From Promethearchaeota archaeon (GTDB lineage: Archaea > Asgardarchaeota > Odinarchaeia > Odinarchaeales > JBHLKK01), in NCBI GenBank assembly GCA_048939465.1, contig JBHLPL010000066.1, forward strand, positions 1-10,752: a stretch of 10,752 bases of DNA, written 5' to 3'. Below the pieces are notes generated by a model. That model made no database searches. It was not told where the DNA came from and saw only the letters and a list, made by a program, of their open reading frames with translations. Position numbers and translations under genes: made by a program. Below, piece after piece: positions 1 to 7,610 of the stretch (positions are counted from its first letter, which is position 1; each line of letters begins with the position of its first letter).

Positions 1-1014
1 TACTGTGGAGAGACTACGGCTTTGATACTTGATGTCATAAGAGATACGAGACGGACCACTTTTGAGAGCAACTTCAGCGGAATTCGATTCGATACTTTTC
101 GAACTGGAAAAAGAGTTAAGATTGATTCCCTTGAAATTGAGCCTATTCACGTTGACCATTCGGTCCCCGGTGCATACGGCTTTATAATTCATACATCCTC
201 CGGCAGTGTAATCTACACTGGTGATTTTCGTCTACATGGTACAAAGCCTGAAATGACGAGGGAGTTCATACAAAAGGCCAAGGAATCCAAGCCAAAAGCC
301 GTAATCACAGAGGGAACCAATCTGAGAGGCGCTCCGATGTCCTCAGAACCTGAGGTCGTAAGAAAGCTTATGATGTTAACTGAGCAGACGGACGGACTTA
401 TCGTTGCCAATTTTGCTTGGGCGGATGTGGATCGCTTTCGATCATTCTATACAGCCGCAAGAGAAAGTGAACGATATCTTGCAATATCATTGAGGCAGGC
501 ATATCTGCTGGACAAACTCAGCAAAGATCCTCGCTTGGAAACACCGAACTTGGATGATAAGACGCTACTAATATTCAAAAAATCTAAAAAGCGATACGAT
601 AAGTGGGAACAAGAAGTCCTAAATCTTGGAAAAGTGGTCGAAAGCTCCGATATCTCGAGAATACAGAGTAAGACGATCCTTGTTGCAGGACTGTATGATT
701 TCGGCGAGCTTGTTCAGGTCGACCCAACTCCAGGCAGCTGTTTTGTTCATTCCATGTCTGAACCATTTGATGAAGAAATGGAGATTGATTTTGAAAAGCT
801 ATCTAATTGGCTGAAGCACTATGGATTACCTCATTATCATATTCACACCTCTGGACACATAATGCCGATGCAACTCAGGCAAACTCTGAAGGAGATTGGG
901 GGAGAGAAGGTATATCCGATACATACGGAGACTCCAGAACTGTTTAGGAGATTTATGAATGACTTGGATAGCAAGTTCATTACGGTAAAAAAGGGCGAAG
1001 TATACAACGTATAG
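1..1014 (+). CDS. MBL-fold metallo-hydrolase of the beta-CASP / RNase J-like family (5' end lies outside the window)
   Basis: The frame is open from base 1 (YCGETTALILD…), so TTG 22 is probably not the real start. Motifs: VDHSVPGA (His), YTGDFR (Asp), ITEGT (motif A), TSGH (motif B), PIHTE (motif C). His in motif C is typical of RNA-acting beta-CASP enzymes. The HxHxDH motif would lie upstream of the window. Confidence 0.85.
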   Translation, partial: YCGETTALILDVIRDTRRTTFESNFSGIRFDTFRTGKRVKIDSLEIEPIHVDHSVPGAYGFIIHTSSGSVIYTGDFRLHGTKPEMTREFIQKAKESKPKAVITEGTNLRGAPMSSEPEVVRKLMMLTEQTDGLIVANFAWADVDRFRSFYTAARESERYLAISLRQAYLLDKLSKDPRLETPNLDDKTLLIFKKSKKRYDKWEQEVLNLGKVVESSDISRIQSKTILVAGLYDFGELVQVDPTPGSCFVHSMSEPFDEEMEIDFEKLSNWLKHYGLPHYHIHTSGHIMPMQLRQTLKEIGGEKVYPIHTETPELFRRFMNDLDSKFITVKKGEVYNV

Positions 1015-1057
1015 AATCGTAATGCCTCTTTCAAAAGCTGTAGGAAACTGAGAGCCG

Positions 1058-2968
1058 ATGAAGTCTGTGAAAAGAGATTTAGTCAATAAAAAACGCACGC
1101 TAGGTAAATTTTACACAAGAGGAGACGTCGCCGATCTTATAAACGCGTTCTGTATAAAGACAGGCAACGAAACCATAGCCGATTTCAGCTGCGGCGAAGG
1201 CATTTTCTTGATAAGGGCATACTCTATGCTCAAGTATCTTGATCCAGAGAAAACCCATAGCAAGCTGGTAACTCAACTTCTCGGAGTGGACATAGATCTG
1301 CCATTCATCAGTCTTCCTCCTTTGGGAGCCCCCTCGAACAACCTGCATTACTTGAATTCAAAGCCTGAGTTATACTGCCGAGATTTCTTTGATTTAAGAC
1401 CTGAGGATTTTCCGGAATTTGATGCAGTGATTGGAAATCCTCCCTATACTAGACATGAGAGGCTCGGGGATATGACTCCCGATTATGGAAATAAGTTGAG
1501 AAAAGTGCTCCAGACTGACTGGAGCAAGGAAATCCGTCTCAATCGGGCCGGAATTCATATATATTTCATATTGCATAGCCTGAAGTTTCTCAGACCCGGC
1601 GGGTGTCTGGGACTTGTGATTTCCAAATCGTGGCTGGATGCGGATTACGGGAGGCAACTACGCAAATTCCTTTTGAAGAATACAAGAATAAGAGCCATTG
1701 TAGAGAGCAAGGTTGAACGATGGTTCAGTGATGCCGATGTGAATACGGTGATCGTCATCCTGGAGAAAATAGATGAGAGGTGTATTCCGAGCGATAATAT
1801 CATAAAATTCGTCCAATTCTTAATTCCCTTAAATCGTCTTTTTCCAGAAGGCTGCAAATGCGAAAGAACAAGATTCCGAGCCATAACAGGAATTGTAGAT
1901 CTGATTGAAAATACTGAAAAGCCCTATATCGATGGAAGAATAAGAATAATCCCCCGGGAACAGAACAGGCTTAAGGGAAGAATCTTTCGAGACCGCAGAC
2001 TGGAATCAAAATGGGGCGTATACTTGCGAGCTCCATCAATATTCTTTGAAGTCCTGAAGAAGGCCAAAGAATACCTTATACCTCTTGAGAGAATCGCCGA
2101 AGTGAAACGGGGGTTTGCCACTGGTTGCAATGAGTTTTTCTATCTGACAAGAGATGATATACAGAAATGGCAGATAGAAGAAGAATTCTGGACGATTGCT
2201 GAGAACGGGATGTCGGTGCCGAACTATGTCATTAGGCATCCGAGAGAGAGCACAGCACTGAATATAGCACCGGAGCGGCTCAGCCATTTTGTGTTGACCG
2301 TAACCAAGGATAAGCGGGATTTAGTTGGCACGAACGTATTAGACTATGTCCAATGGGGTGAAAAGCAAGGCTACGATAATCGGACTACTTGTCTAGCACG
2401 TCCAAGATGGTATGACTTAGGTAAAAGGAAACCTGCAAAGATGCTATTTCTGAGGGCCACATCGGACAGACCAGCCACATACGTATGCAAGACTGGGTTA
2501 CTGCATGACCAGACTTTCTATTCAATCAATTCAAGAAACGAGCTTTGGACAACTGTTATTGCAGCTATCTTGAATTCAAGCCTTGAAAACTTCTTTTTTA
2601 GAGAATTACTAAGCGGGGCCGGAATTGCATTGGGCTTGGGGGCCCTATGGAGCACAGTCCGTGATGTCAAATCGCTTCCAATACTTAATCCTGAGAAGCT
2701 GGACAAATACCAAACCAGAATCCTTGAAAGAAGTCTCACAAGATTATTATCCAGGCCAGTATATTCTGTTTTTGAAGAAATCGGGGCCAAGACCGCCGCT
2801 GAGGTTTCCATCAACAATGTGAAGCCAGACAGGATGAATTTGGACCAGATTGTTTTCGATGCAATCAATCTGAATAAAGGAGAGCAATTAAGAGTATACA
2901 GGGCAGTCATAGATCTGACGTTATCTAGGTTGAAACGTGCAAAATGGAAAACGGGAGGACGGTCCTGA
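1058..2968 (+). CDS. N6-adenine DNA methyltransferase, gamma class (Eco57I/TaqI-like MTase domain plus C-terminal target-recognition region)
   Basis: 636-aa ORF. Motif X GKFYT, motif I DFSCGEG (SAM-binding, a variant of DPxCGxG), motif II GVDID, motif IV VIGNPPY, later SWLDADYG and WFSDADVNTVIVIL. No N-terminal nuclease domain precedes motif X. Confidence 0.88.
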   Translation: MKSVKRDLVNKKRTLGKFYTRGDVADLINAFCIKTGNETIADFSCGEGIFLIRAYSMLKYLDPEKTHSKLVTQLLGVDIDLPFISLPPLGAPSNNLHYLNSKPELYCRDFFDLRPEDFPEFDAVIGNPPYTRHERLGDMTPDYGNKLRKVLQTDWSKEIRLNRAGIHIYFILHSLKFLRPGGCLGLVISKSWLDADYGRQLRKFLLKNTRIRAIVESKVERWFSDADVNTVIVILEKIDERCIPSDNIIKFVQFLIPLNRLFPEGCKCERTRFRAITGIVDLIENTEKPYIDGRIRIIPREQNRLKGRIFRDRRLESKWGVYLRAPSIFFEVLKKAKEYLIPLERIAEVKRGFATGCNEFFYLTRDDIQKWQIEEEFWTIAENGMSVPNYVIRHPRESTALNIAPERLSHFVLTVTKDKRDLVGTNVLDYVQWGEKQGYDNRTTCLARPRWYDLGKRKPAKMLFLRATSDRPATYVCKTGLLHDQTFYSINSRNELWTTVIAAILNSSLENFFFRELLSGAGIALGLGALWSTVRDVKSLPILNPEKLDKYQTRILERSLTRLLSRPVYSVFEEIGAKTAAEVSINNVKPDRMNLDQIVFDAINLNKGEQLRVYRAVIDLTLSRLKRAKWKTGGRS

Positions 2969-3097
2969 TCATCCATGTAACAATTCGAGAATACCACATC
3001 AATGAGAACATAAGGCTTTTATATGACGGATATATTACTGCTGAGAAAAATCACAAAAAGGGGTCATCGCTGTTCAGGAAGATTTCAAAAGAGAGCC

Positions 3098-3138
3098 ATC
3101 CAGGCACCGAAAGGCTGGGATCTTTATTATTCCTTTTA
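3098..3138 (+). terminator. Hairpin with GAAA loop followed by a T-rich tract; possible terminator or processing site
   Basis: ATCCAG-GCA-CC-GAAA-GG-CTGGGAT (3098-3121), then CTTTATTATTCCTTTT, ~130 bp after the MTase stop. The reverse strand is also followed by CTCTCTTTTG. Confidence 0.3.
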
Positions 3139-3521
3139 GATTCTTCTCCTCTCCCCCCTAATCTAGAGATCCCTCCCGGTAACGCTGCACGGATACATAA
3201 ACTGATGCTTGAACAACATGGTCTCAATCGGATCTAGAATGCATCAATATAGGATTTTCTCTCCTTTCAAACGCCTGAGAACTATTATGTCAACTGTTCC
3301 CGGCTTCCGCAAGGAGCTTCCTGTTTCATCCATTCCCCAACGGGATATGCTCTTGCAGGCTCTGCGGACAGTTCCTGCTCTGAAACCCTGTGTTTGCGAA
3401 TTGGCCAGTGTTGCCTCGACTCAATTCCATCTGCTTGTCGTGAAGACAAGTATTTGAACACCTCGCGATTCATCTCCACTCTTTCGGATGGGGTCTTCTT
3501 GCGGGCAATAGATAAATAGTC

Positions 3522-3536
3522 GCGAAGATTTAATAT
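3522..3536 (+). promoter_or_regulatory. Candidate archaeal BRE/TATA element upstream of tfb
   Basis: GCGAAGA-TTTAATAT resembles purine-rich BRE + TTTAWAW, ~70 bp upstream of ATG 3603. A second candidate is GAAAGGA-TTTTATGC near 3557-3571. Confidence 0.35.
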
Positions 3537-3602
3537 GATATAGTCACCTAGACGCTGAAAGGATTTTATGCAGTTTCGAAGTGAAATATTCCGGAAAAGG
3601 GG

Positions 3603-4442
3603 ATGATAAGCATCTCGGACAAAGCAAAAAGGGAACCTGTCAAAGAAATCTCATGCCCTAATTGTCGTAGCCATAAGTTATATGTAGACAATCAACGTGG
3701 TGAAATAGTCTGCGGAGAATGTGGAACGGTGGTAACCAAACGAATCCTGAGTGCGGCAAGAACCTATGAGGGAACCCGCTCTTCTTATGTTCCGAGACCC
3801 CGAACTCCTAAATCAATGGCAGCATACAGAAAGATACAGCGACTGCAAAAGCAATTGCAGGCCTCTCGGACTCTCATCTCTACTGCTCGGGAAGTTCAGC
3901 GCATCACATCCCAGCTAGATGTTCCCGAGCTAGTAAAAAAAACAGCTATTTCTGTTGGCAAAAAGGCCGTGGATAAAGGGTTGGCTCGCGGACGTTCGGC
4001 CGTTGACATAGCTGCAGCCGCCGTCTTAATTGCAGCAAGATTACATAAAATGCCAATAAGCCACAAAGAAGTCACAAGAGTATCCAAGATACCAACGGAA
4101 GAAAAATTAGGAAAGGTCTACCGAAGCGTTACCCGCGCTCTGAAGATAAGGATTCCAGTTCCGAAATCTAGTCATTTCGTATCTCAATTGGCCAACAAAC
4201 TAGGTCTGTCCATGAAGGTTCAGACGGGAGCTTACAATATTCTAAAAAGACTAGAGGGTACGAACATTTCTCATGGAAGGGATCCAAGAGGAATAGCGGG
4301 CGCCGCAATATATATTGCATCAATCGTCCACGGTGAAAGAAGAACGCAGTCAGAGGTTTCAGAGGCTACCGGGATAACTGAAGTAACTTTAAGAAAACGA
4401 TACAAAGAATTAGTTCAAAAGCTTAAGCTGAAAATGAGTTGA
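3603..4442 (+). CDS. tfb: Transcription initiation factor B (TFB/TFIIB family), divergent paralog
   Basis: 279 aa. N-terminal Zn ribbon CPNC…RGEIVCGECG. Two cyclin-fold repeats (KGLARGRSAVDIAAAAVLIAAR; GRDPRGIAGAAIYIAS). C-terminal HTH RTQSEVSEATGITEVTLRKRYKEL. The usual GPEWR(A)F B-reader motif is absent. Confidence 0.93.
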   Translation: MISISDKAKREPVKEISCPNCRSHKLYVDNQRGEIVCGECGTVVTKRILSAARTYEGTRSSYVPRPRTPKSMAAYRKIQRLQKQLQASRTLISTAREVQRITSQLDVPELVKKTAISVGKKAVDKGLARGRSAVDIAAAAVLIAARLHKMPISHKEVTRVSKIPTEEKLGKVYRSVTRALKIRIPVPKSSHFVSQLANKLGLSMKVQTGAYNILKRLEGTNISHGRDPRGIAGAAIYIASIVHGERRTQSEVSEATGITEVTLRKRYKELVQKLKLKMS

Positions 4443-4453
4443 AAAAGAACTGC

Positions 4454-4461
4454 TTTTTATA
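4454..4461 (+). promoter_or_regulatory. Candidate TATA box for nurA-herA
   Basis: TTTTTATA/TTTTATAT in the 55-bp tfb-nurA gap, ~40-45 bp upstream of the start. SD-like TGAGGTG at 4494-4500. Confidence 0.4.
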
Positions 4462-4497
4462 TGGTTTGCAGTAATTAGAAGTAAATACATCTGTGAG

Positions 4498-5769
4498 GTG
4501 TCACTGTTGACCCTTGAGATTGCTGTTTCTGAAAGCTTTGATCGAAAAGTGAGGAATGCACTGCGCGAAATAAAACTCAGGGAAAGATCTAAGAAAACAG
4601 AACTGAATCAAGATTTGCCGGTATTGAAGAAGATCCTCACTCCCCTTCAGCCAATAAATGCTGTCAAAGAAGACTTCCTGATCGGCGGGGTAGATGGAAG
4701 TGGCGTCCCCCCACTTCTTCGGTACGATGATATAATGATTCATATCATAACTGCAAATCTGGCTGTCTATAACACGAGTGCTCGTACTGATCAGATAATA
4801 AAACATGTTCCATTAACCGATTCCTCGCCTATACCTGATAGAGGTCAGCTTATTGAGGCATTTTGGATTTCAATGGAAAATAGCTTGACTTGGAGATATA
4901 TTGAGGAATTCATCAAACGCATTTATATGCTTAAGAATGTAAATGAGCTTCTTTTTCCGCTTTTCGGTGATGTTGCTGGAGCTCAGGTTTCCTCTCTTAA
5001 AGATATTGCCAAACTCGGCTTTAGGATAACTTCACTGGAGCAAATAGCTACACTCCCGTCTGCATCAGACATCCTTCACATTCATGATCTTATGCGATCG
5101 ATAACGGAATTCGCATTGGCTAGACGAGCAATTGAATCCAATCTATCTTTCAAATACCTGTTCATCGATACATCCTTAACCCTTCTTATTCCGAAAGGTA
5201 GGAAATACTCACGTCTGATAGACGATTATCTTAAACGCGATCTCTGCAAGAGAGCAAAAGAACGTGACACCATACTGCTGTGGGTTTCCAAGACTCACAC
5301 CATTCCGTGTGCTAGTTTGATTGCTGACTTGGCCGAGAAGGAGTTTGGCAAGGATGCATTATGGTTTTGTAGAATTACGGGCGACGAGGACCCTGAAGGA
5401 CGGCTCTCAATCCTGCGTGATAGACACTACGTTCCACCGGTGGCTGCAGTAACATATATCTTCCGCTTTTCCAGAGATTCTCCCATCTTCAGGCTGGATT
5501 TAGATAGAAATTGGTGGAAAGAGAATATGTATGACGAAAAAGCTACTAGCATGAAGGAAAATGAGAAAAGGTTGTTTGGCGAAATAGAATACATAAGCCG
5601 CGATGCTAGATGGTTCGGCTATCCTGCCCCCCTCTCCTTTGCTCACATCAATTGCAGAGTATCCAAAGAGGAAGCATCTTTAATGATTGAACGTGCCATA
5701 AGCATCGCAAAGGAAGAAGGATTCGATGACGAAAAGCTTATCGATCCTCGCTCGCGTATTGGATTATGA
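4498..5769 (+). CDS. nurA: NurA-family 5'-3' nuclease (RNase H fold)
   Basis: 423 aa. IGGVDGS (catalytic Asp), MRSITEFALA (Glu), LFIDTSL (second Asp; normally DG), WVSK, and C-terminal GYPAPLSFAH (His). Directly upstream of herA. The true start may be TTG 4507, 6 nt after GAGGTG. Confidence 0.85.
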   Translation: MSLLTLEIAVSESFDRKVRNALREIKLRERSKKTELNQDLPVLKKILTPLQPINAVKEDFLIGGVDGSGVPPLLRYDDIMIHIITANLAVYNTSARTDQIIKHVPLTDSSPIPDRGQLIEAFWISMENSLTWRYIEEFIKRIYMLKNVNELLFPLFGDVAGAQVSSLKDIAKLGFRITSLEQIATLPSASDILHIHDLMRSITEFALARRAIESNLSFKYLFIDTSLTLLIPKGRKYSRLIDDYLKRDLCKRAKERDTILLWVSKTHTIPCASLIADLAEKEFGKDALWFCRITGDEDPEGRLSILRDRHYVPPVAAVTYIFRFSRDSPIFRLDLDRNWWKENMYDEKATSMKENEKRLFGEIEYISRDARWFGYPAPLSFAHINCRVSKEEASLMIERAISIAKEEGFDDEKLIDPRSRIGL

Positions 5770-5777
5770 ACTGAGGG

Positions 5778-7511
5778 TTGAAAGTGGAAAGAAGTAATGA
5801 AACATTTGGCGAATCTTTCGGAAAGCTGGCCGGAGGAAGCATGGAAGAACTCCTACTGATCACACAAAATAGGGATATTTCGTTAGGAGAATTCTTCCTA
5901 ATCCCATCAAAGCGAGGGGAGAATGAACGGATTTTCATATTTAGAGTCCTTGACGCTCAGAACATAATGAGAAGCGTTACCAATCTTTCAAGGCTCGCAG
6001 GGACGTTGGTTACCGAAGGACGTTCTTATTTTGCCGATAGTGATAGGGAAAAGCTCCTTGGAGTATTTGGTAAGCTCTTGGGCTATTCTGAGAAGAAGGG
6101 AGACAACTGGACCTTCATGCTGCCGAGAAGATTGCCCGAGCATCTTGCGACAGTTTACCGTCCTACTGAAGAGACCGATGCGTTAATGGAGAAGCTCTTA
6201 GGAAGTCAGGTCGATGGAAGTCTATACGTTGGCAATCTCCAGGCTGGAAGCCGATCTTTGAATATTGATGTCAGGCTTCCTCTTCATTTCATGCCGATGC
6301 ACATGGGAATATTCGGGACAACAGGATCAGGTAAATCGAACCTAGTCGAGGTTTTGCTCAAATCCTGTATTGATTTAAACATGAAGGTAATCCAAGAGGG
6401 CAAAGGACGTAGGCTTTCAATGTTGGCTATCGATCCTCATGATGAGTTTGCCTTAGGGATAGATACGCACGGGATACAAGACATCGTGGATTCATTAGAT
6501 GTTGAGGCTCGAAGAGCTATAATCGGAGACTTTTATTATCTTACGCCATACTTGGGTGCTGCAGCTAGACGAATTCGACCATATACCAGGGCAATAAGAA
6601 TATTGTGGAAGGAAATAACTCCTCAAGACATTCTAAGCGTTCGAAGGTTTGAACCCCAGCAAGTAGATTTTCTTTCGGTCGCTCATAACAAGTGGGGACA
6701 GGAATGGATTAATGAAACCTTAAAACAGGAAGGTCCTGTGCTAGGCCACCGTGAGATCACTGTTAGAGCCGTCCAACGAAGATTGAGATTCATGGAACGC
6801 TCTTCCATCTTCACAAGCGAGGGGGAGTCCGTCTTGGGCGATTTGATTGAGGCTTTGGAAGGTGGCCATCCTGTGATCGTTAACACAAGTCTGCTCAGCG
6901 ATATTGAGCAATTCCTATTTACGACGGTGGTGTCTCGCACACTATTTGATTTACGTCGGGCCTTGAAGTCCTCAACAAACTGGAGTGAATTTAGTAAGCA
7001 AGCAGAGATGAGGCTCCCTCCGTCTTTCTTCTCCTCATTTAAGAGCAAGGCCAAGAAGTTTTATGTAAAGGGACGTTCAGGTGAGACTTCTGTTATCAAA
7101 GATCCGGCAGATCTACCGGTAGTTCTGGTCACAGTTGAAGAAGCCCCTTCCATACTCAATCCAGAGTTAATGAGAGGCGAGAGCGTCTTTAAATCGATCG
7201 CAAGGCAGGGCAGAAAATTCCAAATAGGGCTGATTGTCATCTCTCAGCAGGTAAGTGCTATCGATAGCGTTATCCTGTCTCAAATGAACACCGAAATAAA
7301 TCTTAAGCTGGGGAATGAAGATGAGATCAGGGCCGCTGTCAAGAATGCATCAACGAACATCTCAGGATTCGAGAAGGAATTCAAGGCTATGGACCGCGGA
7401 GAGGCTTTACTGACTGCAAGCTATCGAAAGATGCCGCTCCCCATAAAAATACCGAAATTCGATGACCTTTTTAAAAAAGATAGCAAGACTTATGCCTCAG
7501 GGTCTCTTTAG
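5778..7511 (+). CDS. herA: HerA-family ATPase / bipolar helicase-translocase (FtsK/HerA superfamily, DUF87)
   Basis: 577 aa. N-terminal HAS-barrel-like region, HMGIFGTTGSGKSN (Walker A, ~6315-6338), LAIDPHDEF, VTVEEAP (Walker B), IARQGRKFQIGLIVISQQ (Arg finger and Gln motif). Alternative start GTG 5784. Confidence 0.92.
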   Translation: MKVERSNETFGESFGKLAGGSMEELLLITQNRDISLGEFFLIPSKRGENERIFIFRVLDAQNIMRSVTNLSRLAGTLVTEGRSYFADSDREKLLGVFGKLLGYSEKKGDNWTFMLPRRLPEHLATVYRPTEETDALMEKLLGSQVDGSLYVGNLQAGSRSLNIDVRLPLHFMPMHMGIFGTTGSGKSNLVEVLLKSCIDLNMKVIQEGKGRRLSMLAIDPHDEFALGIDTHGIQDIVDSLDVEARRAIIGDFYYLTPYLGAAARRIRPYTRAIRILWKEITPQDILSVRRFEPQQVDFLSVAHNKWGQEWINETLKQEGPVLGHREITVRAVQRRLRFMERSSIFTSEGESVLGDLIEALEGGHPVIVNTSLLSDIEQFLFTTVVSRTLFDLRRALKSSTNWSEFSKQAEMRLPPSFFSSFKSKAKKFYVKGRSGETSVIKDPADLPVVLVTVEEAPSILNPELMRGESVFKSIARQGRKFQIGLIVISQQVSAIDSVILSQMNTEINLKLGNEDEIRAAVKNASTNISGFEKEFKAMDRGEALLTASYRKMPLPIKIPKFDDLFKKDSKTYASGSL

Positions 7512-7563
7512 ACCATTGAGAGAGAATTGCAGGGGCGTGAAATCTACTCTTATATGTCTGCAA

Positions 7564-7571
7564 TTTATATT
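7564..7571 (+). promoter_or_regulatory. Candidate TATA box for mre11-rad50
   Basis: TTTATATT in the ~100-bp herA-mre11 gap, ~40 bp upstream of ATG 7611. SD-like GAGGGAGTGA at 7596-7605. Confidence 0.35.
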
Positions 7572-7610
7572 GAATAAAGAGACTCAATTCATCTAGAGGG
7601 AGTGACGATT

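Noticed and set aside
2518-2997. Antisense ORFs (2518-2997, 6683-7054, 4501-4806, 9478-9771 and others)
   Set aside because: They are shadow ORFs opposite well-supported + strand genes and carry no motifs.
3425-3460. A second BHB intron around the CTTGTC/GACAAG hairpin
   Set aside because: Neither strand gives a 4-bp central helix with two 3-nt bulges.
3285-3479. Minus-strand 64-aa ORF, plus-strand 3209-3457 ORF and plus-strand 2944-3237 ORF as genes
   Set aside because: No recognisable domain or motif, mutually overlapping frames, and no clear SD. They cannot be excluded but are unsupported.
3050-3510. RNase P RNA, SRP RNA, tRNA, or a cobalamin/TPP/fluoride riboswitch in the intergenic region
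   Set aside because: Only partial look-alikes occur (AGGAAGCTCC, GTTCAAAT, CTGAGA, GGAGATG). Their required partner elements (P4 3' strand, T-stem, AACCTGAT, etc.) are missing.
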